Virus record (IMG/VR): IMGVR_UViG_3300028591_000185
Origin: an uncultured virus (IMG/VR IMGVR_UViG_3300028591_000185)
Lineage: Duplodnaviria; Heunggongvirae; Uroviricota; Caudoviricetes
DNA length: 64,000 nucleotides
Reading direction: 5' to 3' (one strand)
The translations under genes were made by a program, and so were the position numbers. A model generated the notes under the pieces. It ran no database searches. It worked only from the letters and a program-made list of their open reading frames with translations, and was not told where the DNA came from. The first letter of the stretch is position 1; the number at the start of each line of letters is the position of its first letter. Positions 31,822 through 41,896 of this stretch are shown here, one piece after another.

Positions 31822-32068
31822 ACGTTTAACTAAAATAAATCAATGGGGCGATGTGTTATATTGCGGTCCTCGTGATAGTGATAGTTATAAAAATATGGGT
31901 TTATATCCAAGAGACATGGATGAAGAACAAATTGAACTAGTATTAACTAGATTGTATTGGTTTGAAGATGTGTTTGCAGATTTACAACAAGTTTTACATA
32001 TGCAAACAAAAACAATGGAATTAATGGAAAAATCATATGAGGTAGATAATGATGACAGCACAAGATAA
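31811..32068 (+). CDS. hypothetical protein between gyrB and gyrA
   Basis: 85 aa ORF overlapping both neighbours. Confidence 0.6.
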   Translation: MLNKRLTKINQWGDVLYCGPRDSDSYKNMGLYPRDMDEEQIELVLTRLYWFEDVFADLQQVLHMQTKTMELMEKSYEVDNDDSTR

Positions 32069-34421
32069 TTTAATTATTAATACAAGTGATTTAACCCATG
32101 AAATTGGAACAAATTTTATAGAATATGCTGTTGCTGTTAATACCGACCGTGCTATTCCTGATGCCAAGAGTGGTTTGAAACCAGTAGCCAAACGTATTCT
32201 ATATTGTGCATATGATGAAGGTTATAGCAATAGTAAGCCCCATCAGAAATGCGCGGCCATCGTTGGTGATGTAATGGGTAAATATCATCCACATGGTGAT
32301 AGTTCTATTTATGGTGCATTAGTTCGTCTGGCGCAGCCTTGGGTAATGCGTTATCCTTTAATTGATTTCCATGGTTCATATGGTAATCAAGGCGGTGATG
32401 GACCTGCTGCTCATCGTTATACAGAGGCTCGTTTAGCAAAGCTTGCTGAAGATGGAATGCTTCAGGGCTTGAAGAAAAATGCGGTAGATTTTATACCTAA
32501 TTATTCCGAAACAAAAGATGAGCCTGTAACTCTACCATCTATTTTCCCTAATTTGCTGTGTAATCCTAATGCCGGTATTGGCGTAGCTATGGCTTGTTCT
32601 TGGGCGCCACATAATTTAAATGAAGTTGCCCATGCTATTTTTGATTATATTAATGGCAAAGAACCGATGCTTCCTGGTCCAGATTTCCCAACTGGGGGTA
32701 TTGTCATTAATAAAGATGATATCCCTGCAATTATGAGAACCGGGCATGGTAGTGTAAAAGTACGTGGAAAATATAAAATGGAAGGTAATAATATTGTATT
32801 TTATGAACTTCCATATGGCATTACAACTGAAGCACTCTTGGATGAAATTGGTAAATGTTGTGATGATGGAGATATTGAAGGTGTAACTGATGTGCGTAAT
32901 GAAAGTAATCGTAAAAATGGATTACGAGTAGTTATTGAGTGCGCTAAAGATGCTAATATTCATAAAATTATTGCGCTTCTATTTAAGAATACTGACCTTC
33001 AAACCACATTCTCATATAATCAAGTAGCTCTGATTGATAAGACACCTACTGAACTTACACTTAAAGATTGTTGTAAAATTTATGTAGAACATACAACTGA
33101 ATGTATTCGTAGAGAAACAGAGTATGATTTAGAAAAAACTAAAATTAAATTAGAGATTAGTATGGGCTTACGCAGAGCATTAGAGCATATTGATGAAATT
33201 ATCAAATTGATTAAAACATCAGAAAATACTTCTGCTGCTCAAAAAGATTTAATTATGACATTTAAATTTACTGAACTTCAAGCAAAAGCTATTGTAGATA
33301 TGAAGCTTGGTAAATTATCCCGTTTAGGATTAGAAGAAATTGATGGAGATATATCTGGTTATCAACAAGATATTGACCATTTTATTGACATTTTGGGACA
33401 TCTTACTGGTGAGCTTTGTAATAGACTTAATGCTTTAGTAGTGAAATATGGTGATGAACGTCGTACTGAATTAACTCAAATTGCTGAAGCAACCACTAAA
33501 GAAGAAAAGATTATTGAAGCTATTCCGCCTGAGAAATGTATTGTAATTCTTACTGAAACTGGAAATATCAAGCGAATTCCTGCTACATCTATTATTCCAC
33601 AACACAAAGGCGGTAAAGGTGTAAAAACGCAGAATGATGTTGTTACTGCAATTATTCGCACTAATACAGTTGATAGCTTAATGATATTCACTAATGCTGG
33701 GAAAATGTATCGTTTAATTGTAGATAATATTCCCGTGGGAACTAATACTACTTCTGGTGTTCCAGTAGCATCATTAATTGAAATGGAACCTGGCGAAAAA
33801 GTAGAAACTATTTATTCTATTTACCGAGATACTGACGCAAAATATGTGCTGTTTGTAAGTAAAAATGGTGTGGTTAAAAAGTCTGCATTAAGTGAATATA
33901 CTGGTACAAAGAAGTCAAAGGGTATAGGTGCAGTATCTATTCGTGATGATGATAAACTGGCAGTAGTTACTTTAATTAATGAGGAACCATTGTTAATTTT
34001 AACCAAGTTAGGTTATTGTATTAAATTTAATTCTACTGAAATTAGTACAACTGCTCGTATGACTACTGGAGTTAAGGGCATAAATCTTAATGATGGGGAT
34101 GAGGTTATTGCAGTGCTACCAATACGTAATTCTAATGATACGCTTGCTTTATTCACTACTAATGGTTTTGGCAAGAAAATTAAATTAAGTGAACTTGTAT
34201 TACAGAAACGTGGTGGTAAAGGTGTTGTAGTTATGAAGCCATCTGCGGGAACTGGTAATATGGCTGCTGCACAACTAGTGTCTGATGAAGACGCCATTTT
34301 ACTAACTGGTATGAAACATTCTATTTGCATTAAAGCTACAGAATTACCGCTATTATCTCGTATTTCACTCGGTAATAGTATAATTAAAGGTGATATAATT
34401 AGTAGCGCTAGCAAGGTTTAA
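32049..34421 (+). CDS. gyrA: type IIA topoisomerase, GyrA/ParC subunit with C-terminal pinwheel
   Basis: RAIPDAKSGLKPV, YHPHGDSSIY, AAHRYTEARL, GPDFPTGG; GyrA-box-like QHKGGKG and QKRGGKG. Confidence 0.95.
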   Translation: MMTAQDNLIINTSDLTHEIGTNFIEYAVAVNTDRAIPDAKSGLKPVAKRILYCAYDEGYSNSKPHQKCAAIVGDVMGKYHPHGDSSIYGALVRLAQPWVMRYPLIDFHGSYGNQGGDGPAAHRYTEARLAKLAEDGMLQGLKKNAVDFIPNYSETKDEPVTLPSIFPNLLCNPNAGIGVAMACSWAPHNLNEVAHAIFDYINGKEPMLPGPDFPTGGIVINKDDIPAIMRTGHGSVKVRGKYKMEGNNIVFYELPYGITTEALLDEIGKCCDDGDIEGVTDVRNESNRKNGLRVVIECAKDANIHKIIALLFKNTDLQTTFSYNQVALIDKTPTELTLKDCCKIYVEHTTECIRRETEYDLEKTKIKLEISMGLRRALEHIDEIIKLIKTSENTSAAQKDLIMTFKFTELQAKAIVDMKLGKLSRLGLEEIDGDISGYQQDIDHFIDILGHLTGELCNRLNALVVKYGDERRTELTQIAEATTKEEKIIEAIPPEKCIVILTETGNIKRIPATSIIPQHKGGKGVKTQNDVVTAIIRTNTVDSLMIFTNAGKMYRLIVDNIPVGTNTTSGVPVASLIEMEPGEKVETIYSIYRDTDAKYVLFVSKNGVVKKSALSEYTGTKKSKGIGAVSIRDDDKLAVVTLINEEPLLILTKLGYCIKFNSTEISTTARMTTGVKGINLNDGDEVIAVLPIRNSNDTLALFTTNGFGKKIKLSELVLQKRGGKGVVVMKPSAGTGNMAAAQLVSDEDAILLTGMKHSICIKATELPLLSRISLGNSIIKGDIISSASKV

Positions 34422-34445
34422 ATTTGGGGGCTTATGCCCCCTTAT

Positions 34446-34474
34446 TTGATTATTTTGAATTTTTTTGATATAAT
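34446..34474 (+). promoter_or_regulatory. sigmaA-type promoter, probably giving a leaderless ligase mRNA
   Basis: TTGATT-17 bp-TATAAT, 6 bp before ATG 34481; preceded by a GGGGC-ttat-GCCCC hairpin. Confidence 0.7.
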
Positions 34475-34480
34475 AAAATT

Positions 34481-36505
34481 ATGAAAGAATATGATTTTGT
34501 TGATTTATCCAATGTAATAGAAGTAATTAACTTCTTAAATGATGCGACTATTGCTTACGAAAAAGGCACTCCTATTATTTCTGATAAGCAATGGGATGAT
34601 TTATATTTTAAACTAGATGAATTTGAGAAAAACGTTGGATTTGTATATGCCAACAGTCCTACTCAACGTTTAACACCATACATCATTTCAGTATCATCAT
34701 TAACTAAAGTAAAGCATAATCATCCTATGTTATCATTAGCTAAAACTAAAAGTTTAACTGAAATTGAAGCATTTTGTGGCAATTTTGAAGTTATTGCAAT
34801 GGCTAAAATGGATGGTTTAACTTGTAGTTTAACGTATAAAGATGGTAAACTTATTAGTGCTGAAACTCGTGGTAATGGTGTAATTGGAGAAGACGTATCA
34901 CATAATGTACGACGTATTAAAAACATTCCACTACAAATACCTAATTTAAGTCCAATAGTAGTAATAGATGGTGAAGTAATTTGTACCTATAAAGATTTTG
35001 AGCCATTTGCTGATACATATCGTAACCCACGTAATTTTGCCGCAGGTTCTATACGTTTATTGGATGCAAATGAGAGCGCGAAACGTAATTTAAGTTTTAT
35101 AGCTTGGGATTTAATTCAAGGAGTTAATGTAGATACTTTATCCGATAAATTAGATATATTGACTCAATATGGATTTGATGTAGTACCTTGGATGATAGAA
35201 AATCCTCAACACGCAATTACGGATATCCAACAGTATTGTCAAACGCATTCATATCCAATAGATGGTATAGTATTTAAGTATAATAATTGCGCCGAATATG
35301 AAGCTATGGGGCGCACAGAGCATCATTTTAATGGTGGTATTGCATATAAATTCTATGATGATTTGTATGAAACTCAACTATTAGATATTGAATGGAGTAT
35401 GGGTAAAACGGGTGTATTAACTCCAGTAGCAATATTTGAACCTGTTGAAGCAGATGGTAGCATAGTAGAACGAGCTAGTTTACATAATGTAAGCTTATTA
35501 AAAGATATGTTTAATGGACAACCGCCATTTAAACATCAGGGTATTCGTATTTATAAAGCCAATCAAATTATTCCACAAATATATGATGCTACTGGTCCTA
35601 TAAAAGATGTACCAGTGGAAGACCAAATTACATTTCCAGTTAATTGTCCTTGTTGTGGTAAACCCTTATCATATCGTTATGAAGGAGTATCAGAATATTG
35701 TTTTTGTGATAACCCTGAATGTGATGGCAAGTTAATTAATCGTTTAGACCATTTCTTTGGAAAGAAAGGGTTAGATATTAAAGGATTATCAAAAGCCACA
35801 TTTGAAAAACTTATTGATTGGGGTTGGGTAAATTCTATTCGTGATATATTCCATCTTGATTTATATACAGAACAATGGATAAAGAAACCAGGGTTTGGTC
35901 CAAAATCTGTAGAAAATATATTAAATTCAATTGCTATTGGACGTAAATGTGAATTATCAGCATTTTTATCAGGTTTAGGAATTCCTCTTGTTGGAACAAA
36001 ATATGCTAAATTAATCGCATCAAATGTAGCTGATTACACTGAATTTCGTGATTTAATCATACGTAAGTGTAGCTTTATGAAGTATGATGGTATTGGTCCT
36101 GAAATTAATGATAATATATTAAATTTTGATTATACAGAAGCAGATGCATTAGATATATTTGAATTAAATATTGTAAATAATATTAAATCTAATACTCATA
36201 CTATGAGTCAAGTATTAAAGGGACAAACTTTTGTAATTACGGGAAGATTGCAATTTTATAAAAATCGTGATACATTAGTAAAAGAGATTGAACATTATGG
36301 TGGAAAAGTTGTTAATACTGTAACAAAGAATACGACTTATCTTATTAATAATGATATAAATTCTACATCTTCTAAAAACAAAACTGCCAAACAATTAAAT
36401 ATTCCAATTATTACAGAAGAAACATTGAAACAATTAATAAATGGTGAAATTTTATATGTTGGTACCGCGCAAACAAAAGAAATAACATGTGAGGTGTCTA
36501 TTTGA
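34481..36505 (+). CDS. ligA: NAD-dependent DNA ligase
   Basis: PMLSLAK, KMDG, TRGNG, NPRNFAAGS, DGIVFK, zinc finger CPCC...C...C, C-terminal BRCT. Confidence 0.95.
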   Translation: MKEYDFVDLSNVIEVINFLNDATIAYEKGTPIISDKQWDDLYFKLDEFEKNVGFVYANSPTQRLTPYIISVSSLTKVKHNHPMLSLAKTKSLTEIEAFCGNFEVIAMAKMDGLTCSLTYKDGKLISAETRGNGVIGEDVSHNVRRIKNIPLQIPNLSPIVVIDGEVICTYKDFEPFADTYRNPRNFAAGSIRLLDANESAKRNLSFIAWDLIQGVNVDTLSDKLDILTQYGFDVVPWMIENPQHAITDIQQYCQTHSYPIDGIVFKYNNCAEYEAMGRTEHHFNGGIAYKFYDDLYETQLLDIEWSMGKTGVLTPVAIFEPVEADGSIVERASLHNVSLLKDMFNGQPPFKHQGIRIYKANQIIPQIYDATGPIKDVPVEDQITFPVNCPCCGKPLSYRYEGVSEYCFCDNPECDGKLINRLDHFFGKKGLDIKGLSKATFEKLIDWGWVNSIRDIFHLDLYTEQWIKKPGFGPKSVENILNSIAIGRKCELSAFLSGLGIPLVGTKYAKLIASNVADYTEFRDLIIRKCSFMKYDGIGPEINDNILNFDYTEADALDIFELNIVNNIKSNTHTMSQVLKGQTFVITGRLQFYKNRDTLVKEIEHYGGKVVNTVTKNTTYLINNDINSTSSKNKTAKQLNIPIITEETLKQLINGEILYVGTAQTKEITCEVSI

Positions 36506-36530
36506 CACTTTAAAAAAAATTTAGTATAAT
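36502..36530 (+). promoter_or_regulatory. sigmaA-type promoter
   Basis: TTGACA-17 bp-TATAAT. Confidence 0.8.
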
Positions 36531-36560
36531 ATATCTGTAAATAAGATAAGGAAAAAAATT

Positions 36561-36755
36561 ATGAAGAAAAAGGAACTAAAAAACCTAGCAAAACAGATTG
36601 CACAACTAGAATTAATCATTTAGGCAAACATAGATGATGAAGCCGTGAAAAATGCTCAAAACACGGAAATTCGCCTCATTAATAGATTAGATAGTATAGA
36701 AGATATGGATTTGTTAGATGAAATGGTTCAGCAATATATGCAAGAAGAAAATTAA
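36561..36755 (+). CDS. small hypothetical protein (1 TAG=Gln)
   Basis: AAGGA RBS; MKKKELKNLAKQIAQLELIIQANID...; ends in TAA. Confidence 0.65.
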
Positions 36756-36810
36756 TTTTGCTTATATTATATTTACAACATTTTAAAAGATTTAAAGGAG
36801 AAAAACAATT

Positions 36811-37074
36811 ATGATGAAGGAAAATAGCGTAAAGGTTCTTAATTATTTAAAGGAAATCAATGGTTCTAATGTGACTTCCGGTGATGTTGCTGATGCTCTC
36901 GGTCTCGAGAAGCGCCAGGTAGATGGTATTTTTACCTCCGCCATTCAGCGCAAGGGTCTCGGTATTCGCGTTCCAGCCGAGGTTGAGCTTGACGATGGTA
37001 CTCATAAGGCTGTGAAGTTCCTCAAGCTGACTGATGCTGGTATGGCTTTTGATCCCGCTTCTGAAGCTGAGTAA
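36811..37074 (+). CDS. winged-helix DNA-binding protein
   Basis: VTSGDVADALGLEKRQVDGIFT...LKLTDAG; strong AAGGAG RBS; followed by a hairpin terminator at 37093-37122. Confidence 0.7.
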   Translation: MMKENSVKVLNYLKEINGSNVTSGDVADALGLEKRQVDGIFTSAIQRKGLGIRVPAEVELDDGTHKAVKFLKLTDAGMAFDPASEAE

Positions 37075-37129
37075 TTTAGATTTAATGTAAATAAAGGGTA
37101 ACAGATATTGTTACCCTTCTTTTTCTATT

Positions 37130-38221
37130 ATGATATATATACTTTGTGCATGTTCCTTTGCGCTCGGTTTTGCATTTTCTTATATTATTCGTATTTAGAT
37201 AGCAAAGAAGAAAGTCAATCAAGAGTTGCTTGATGAAGAGCAAAAAGTATAGGTGTCTATTTAGCAATTACAAAATTAGTATGCTGCATTACAAACTGAT
37301 GTTAATACAGCAGAATCAAATTTTAAAATTAGATAGCTTGAAATTAAAAATGAAATTGATGCTACATTAGCCCATTATGCTGACTTAAAACACGAGCAAG
37401 AATTAGCAGTTAATGAACTAGTTGCCAAAAGAACAAATCTACTTGTCGCTATTGATGATTTAAAAGAAGCCTAGAAGAAAAATGCCGAAGCTAGTGAATA
37501 GGCAGCGAAAGACATTCAAGTATATGCTATTGCGCTTGCTGCTGAAAATATTGAAAAACGAGCCAAGGAACTCCAATAGGAATATGAACAATATGAATAG
37601 AAATACCATGATGATATGGTAGCTATGATGCAAGAGGCTGTTAAACGCTATCAAGAAATTACAACCAATGCACAAGCAGAATCGGACCATGCATTAGAAA
37701 CATTAGCTGATTTGCGTGCCCGCATTGATACCATTGTTGAGAATAATAAGCGGGCTGCGCAAGAAGCCAGCCAACGTGATTTCTATCGTCTACAGTTAAC
37801 AGAAACTGATATAGCAGAAATTCAAAAAATTCGTTCTATTGAATCATATTTACGTTCCGCAGAGCCTCTTAATAAGGTAATATGGAAAGTATATTATGAA
37901 AAAGCATATGTAGATTTAATTGGACGAGTATTAGGTCCAAATCGTAAAACTGGTATTTATAAAATTACTAATCTCGAAAATGGTATGTGTTATGTAGGTT
38001 AGAGCGTAGATATTGCTGAACGTTGGAAATAGCATATTAAACGTGGTATCGGCGCGGATACACCAACCCGCAATAAACTCTATCCTGCTATGCTGAAAAC
38101 TGGTGTAGAAAATTTCACTTTTGAACTCTTGGAAGAGTGTCCAATATTAAAATTAGATGAACGAGAACAATATTGGCAAGAAGTATTTCACGCAAAAGAT
38201 TTCGGGTATAGTATTAAATAA
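37130..38221 (+). CDS. membrane-anchored coiled-coil protein with C-terminal GIY-YIG nuclease (11 TAG=Gln)
   Basis: Hydrophobic N-terminus, long helical region, GIYKITNLENGMCYVGQSVDIAERWKQH...ENFTFELLEEC...EREQYW. Confidence 0.85.
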
Positions 38222-38232
38222 GGAGTAAATAT

Positions 38233-38520
38233 ATGATACGTATTATTGATGGCCGTGGGACCGGTAAAACAAGTCGGTTAATGCTATTAGCAAAAGAAAA
38301 TAATGCTTTATTCGTATGTAATGACCCTCATGCTATGCAATATAAAGCAGAACGTTATGGTATAACTGGTCTTACATTTGTAAGTTATACTGACTTTTTG
38401 AATCTTAATTACGAAGAAAATGTATTTACAACAGTTGTAGTTGATGAAATAGATAATCTATTGCAATTAGTGGTACGCCCACTACGTCTAGTCGGTTATA
38501 CAATTAGCGCAGATGATTGA
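38233..38520 (+). CDS. small P-loop-like hypothetical protein
   Basis: GRGTGKT and VVVDE motifs. Confidence 0.65.
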   Translation: MIRIIDGRGTGKTSRLMLLAKENNALFVCNDPHAMQYKAERYGITGLTFVSYTDFLNLNYEENVFTTVVVDEIDNLLQLVVRPLRLVGYTISADD

Positions 38521-38545
38521 TTTTTATAAAAAAATATGATATAAT
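38517..38545 (+). promoter_or_regulatory. sigmaA-type promoter
   Basis: TTGATT-17 bp-TATAAT with extended TG. Confidence 0.75.
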
Positions 38546-38578
38546 AATTATAGAAAATGAAGAAAGTGAGTTAAGAAC

Positions 38579-38941
38579 TTGAAACGAGAATTTTTGGATT
38601 TTCTAAATGCGTTGATGGCTGCTGCGCCAGAGACAGCAGAAAAATTAATGACAGATGATATTAGAAGTTATATTGAAGTTTTAAATGAAAGCAAACCTGA
38701 AAAACCAGAAGTGACAGATAATGGCAAACGTATTTTGAAGTATTTACAGGAAAATCCAGATTTTAAAACTTGGAAGGCGCGTGACCTCGCTGATAAAATG
38801 GGCGTAGCCTCACGTGGAGTTTCTGGGACCTTACGGAAACTCGTAAATGACGGATATTGTGAAAAAATTAGCACTGACCCCGTGGTTTATACAGTAACAG
38901 AAAAAGGAATGAATTATATTATTGAAGGAGAAAATGAATGA
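38579..38941 (+). CDS. winged-helix transcriptional regulator-like protein
   Basis: ARDLADKMGVASRGVSGTLRKLVNDGY...YTVTEKG. Confidence 0.75.
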   Translation: MKREFLDFLNALMAAAPETAEKLMTDDIRSYIEVLNESKPEKPEVTDNGKRILKYLQENPDFKTWKARDLADKMGVASRGVSGTLRKLVNDGYCEKISTDPVVYTVTEKGMNYIIEGENE

Positions 38942-39888
38942 AACTTTTAAACGAAACACATATTGAAGGTATTCTTTACAATCACAATCTTGTATTAAAG
39001 ACTGCGGGTGAGAACTCCAAGAACCCCGGTACCCAGTATATTAGTGGAACTATTGATATCGCTACTGATAAAGCGATGACTAATATCATTTAGGTCCATT
39101 TTACTTATGAGACACCCACTTTCGCAAAGTCTGGTCAGACAAATAGCCGTTATACCACTTTATTTAATATTATTAATGGCGTTACAAAGTGCTATATGAA
39201 TTTGAAGGATGGCGAAACTGCTGCGACTATTAAGGTTGATTCACAACTTGCTCTAAATGAGTTCTATTCTAATCGTAATGGTCAGGATGAGCTGGTTAGC
39301 GTAAAGCGTAATGAGGGTGGATTTATTCATATTAATGTTCCTCTGAATGAGGATGAAGATAAACGCAATACATTCCGTTGCAGTATTTTGATTACAGGTT
39401 TCCGTCGTATTGAAGCTGATGAAGACCGCAATATTGAAGAGCATGGCGTAATTAAGGGCTATGTATTTGATTTCCGTAATGTTCCAATGCCTATGGAATT
39501 TAATGTATATAAGCCTGGCGCAATTGATTATTTTGAGAACGCTGAAATCTCCGAGCACAATCCTCTTTTCACCGAAATCCGTGGTAATCAGATTACACAA
39601 ACTGTTGTAACACAGATTACAGAGGCTTCTGCATTTGGCGATGCTTATGTGCGTGAAGTTAATAATAGTCGTAAGGAATTTATTGTAAGTTGGGCACTTC
39701 CTGAGCCTTATCTTTGGGATGATGAAAGCACAATGACCGTAGCTCAGCTCAAAGAAGGTCTTGCTACTCGTGAACTTGCACTTGCCAATATGAGACAGCG
39801 TAATGCTGATTATCAGGCAAGTAAGGCTGCTCCTGCTACAAAGTCTGCATTTGATACAGCCCCTAAAGTAACTGGTTTTAATTTTTAA
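38938..39888 (+). CDS. putative single-stranded DNA-binding protein (1 TAG=Gln)
   Basis: ATG 38938 with GAAGGAG RBS, in frame with ORF 39196..39888; NETHIEGIL OB-type start, flexible tail ending GFNF, next to the Sak4-like ATPase. Confidence 0.65.
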
Positions 39889-39901
39889 TAGGAGGTAATA
39901 T

Positions 39902-40894
39902 ATGGCTATTAATCTTTTAGGTATTCAACCTCACAAGGTAAGCCGGGATTTAAGTGGCTATATTACCTTCATTTATGGCGCTCCTAAAACTGGTAAAACC
40001 ACTTTAGCTACACAAATGCCCGGCGCTTTGCTTCTCGCATTTGAGAAGGGTTATAATGCTTTGCCTGGCGTAATGGCACAAGATATTACAACTTGGGGTG
40101 AAATGAAGCAGGTTTATCGTGAACTTAAAAAGCCAGAAGTTCAAGAAGTTTATAAATCTCTGATTGTTGATACAGTAGATATCGCAGCTGACCTTTGTCA
40201 GAAATATATCTGTAATCAGCTTGGTATTGAAAATATTGGAGATGGTGGCTGGACTAATAATGGTTGGGCACGATATAAGAAAGAATTTGAAGAAGTATTC
40301 CGTGGACTTACGATGATGGGATATGCAGTTGTATTTATCTCTCACTCTAAGGAAACTACACAGAAAGATATGGCTGGTAAAGAGTATACCGCCATTCGTC
40401 CTTCAGTGCAATCTTCAGCTTTGTCTATTATTGAAAATATGGCTGATATTTATGGATATGCGCGCCAGGTTGATAGAGAAGATGGAACTACTGGTGTTGT
40501 ATTAACACTTCGCGCACCCGCAAATGCCAACATCTCTTGTGGCGGACGCTTTAAGTATATCACACCACAGATTGAATTTACATATGATAATCTTGCTAAA
40601 GCATTAGTTGATGCTATTGACAAAGAAGCCAAAGAACACGGTAATCAGTATGTCACTGAACAGCGTGAAACAGTTAATATTGTTAAAGAATATGATTTTG
40701 ATGCTCTTATGTCAGAATTTGAGGTTATCGTTGGTAATCTCATGACTAAAGACCAAGCCTTCTATGCTCCTCGTATTACTCAAATTATTGAGAAATATCT
40801 TGGTAAAGGTAAGAAGATGGCAACAGTTACACGTGACCAAGCTGAACTTGTATATCTTGTAGTTGATGAAATTAAAGCAGAATTAATGAAATGA
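39902..40894 (+). CDS. AAA_24 / Sak4-like ATPase
   Basis: YGAPKTGKTT, LIVDTVD, VFISHSKE. Confidence 0.8.
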   Translation: MAINLLGIQPHKVSRDLSGYITFIYGAPKTGKTTLATQMPGALLLAFEKGYNALPGVMAQDITTWGEMKQVYRELKKPEVQEVYKSLIVDTVDIAADLCQKYICNQLGIENIGDGGWTNNGWARYKKEFEEVFRGLTMMGYAVVFISHSKETTQKDMAGKEYTAIRPSVQSSALSIIENMADIYGYARQVDREDGTTGVVLTLRAPANANISCGGRFKYITPQIEFTYDNLAKALVDAIDKEAKEHGNQYVTEQRETVNIVKEYDFDALMSEFEVIVGNLMTKDQAFYAPRITQIIEKYLGKGKKMATVTRDQAELVYLVVDEIKAELMK

Positions 40895-41121
40895 CACTAA
40901 ATACTTCAATAGAATTTGATCAGAAATTACAATTGCCTTCAACCAATATTAAGTATTTGTGTAATTCCTGTGATTATGATAATGCTTTTTATGGCTTTAT
41001 AGATCCTTCACAATGGATAATTAAAGTAAATACAATCCCTTATGTTAATAACCTAGAAGTATCATTTTGGGCTAAATGTCCTAGATGTGGTAACTTAATA
41101 TATATAGGTCGTATTGATTAA
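40891..41121 (+). CDS. small zinc-finger hypothetical protein
   Basis: CNSC...CPRC; followed by hairpin CCCCGG...CCGGGG at 41131-41153. Confidence 0.6.
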   Translation: MTLNTSIEFDQKLQLPSTNIKYLCNSCDYDNAFYGFIDPSQWIIKVNTIPYVNNLEVSFWAKCPRCGNLIYIGRID

Positions 41122-41153
41122 GATAACTAACCCCCGGTGCACCGAGCCGGGGG

Positions 41154-41182
41154 TTGATTTTTATAAAAAATTATGATATAAT
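41154..41182 (+). promoter_or_regulatory. sigmaA-type promoter
   Basis: TTGATT-17 bp-TATAAT with extended TG. Confidence 0.75.
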
Positions 41183-41212
41183 ATAAAGAGAATAATGAAA
41201 TGGAGGGATACT

Positions 41213-41896
41213 ATGGCAACAGTTACTTGTAAATATTGTAAAAAGAAATTTGACCGTGATAAAGAGCCATATATACAAATCCCTTGGGGAGAAAAAGCAT
41301 TTCGTTATGCGCATGCTGCTTGTTATCTTGATGAAGTAAATCATGGCAGAGAAAAGCAACAATATACAGTTTGGGACCCAGCAATAGCTACAACTTGTTT
41401 CTGGTGTCATCAAGCAATTTATCCAAATCAAGCAGATGTAGAACTGGTTCCGCAGTTAACTGATAGATACATGCACAAAAACTGTGGTCTAGCACATCCT
41501 GCTGATGAAAAAGAAGAATTAATGGTCTTTTTGATTAAACTATTTGGTTTAAAAGAAGATTATATTCTTCCAAAATATATGATACAAATACAAGAATATA
41601 TTAAGAAATATGGATTTTCATATTCTGGTATTAAGAAAACTTTAATCTATTGGTATGAAATAAAGAAACAACCTGTTAATGAAGAATTTAGATTGAGTAT
41701 TGTTCCACGAATATATAATGAAGCTCGTAGATATTATGAAGCATTGTGGAACGCACAGCAAGCTAATCAAGTTAAAAATATAAAAGATTTTATACCACAA
41801 GATATTGAAGTTAATATCAAAGCTCCTCAACGACAATTACAGAAGCGTAAGTTATTTACATTTTTAGACGAGGAAGAAATAAATGGCGACAAGTAA
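41213..41896 (+). CDS. zinc-finger protein upstream of the helicase (possible loader/initiator)
   Basis: GGAGG RBS; two CxxC...HxxC units; position before DnaB. Confidence 0.65.
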   Translation: MATVTCKYCKKKFDRDKEPYIQIPWGEKAFRYAHAACYLDEVNHGREKQQYTVWDPAIATTCFWCHQAIYPNQADVELVPQLTDRYMHKNCGLAHPADEKEELMVFLIKLFGLKEDYILPKYMIQIQEYIKKYGFSYSGIKKTLIYWYEIKKQPVNEEFRLSIVPRIYNEARRYYEALWNAQQANQVKNIKDFIPQDIEVNIKAPQRQLQKRKLFTFLDEEEINGDK

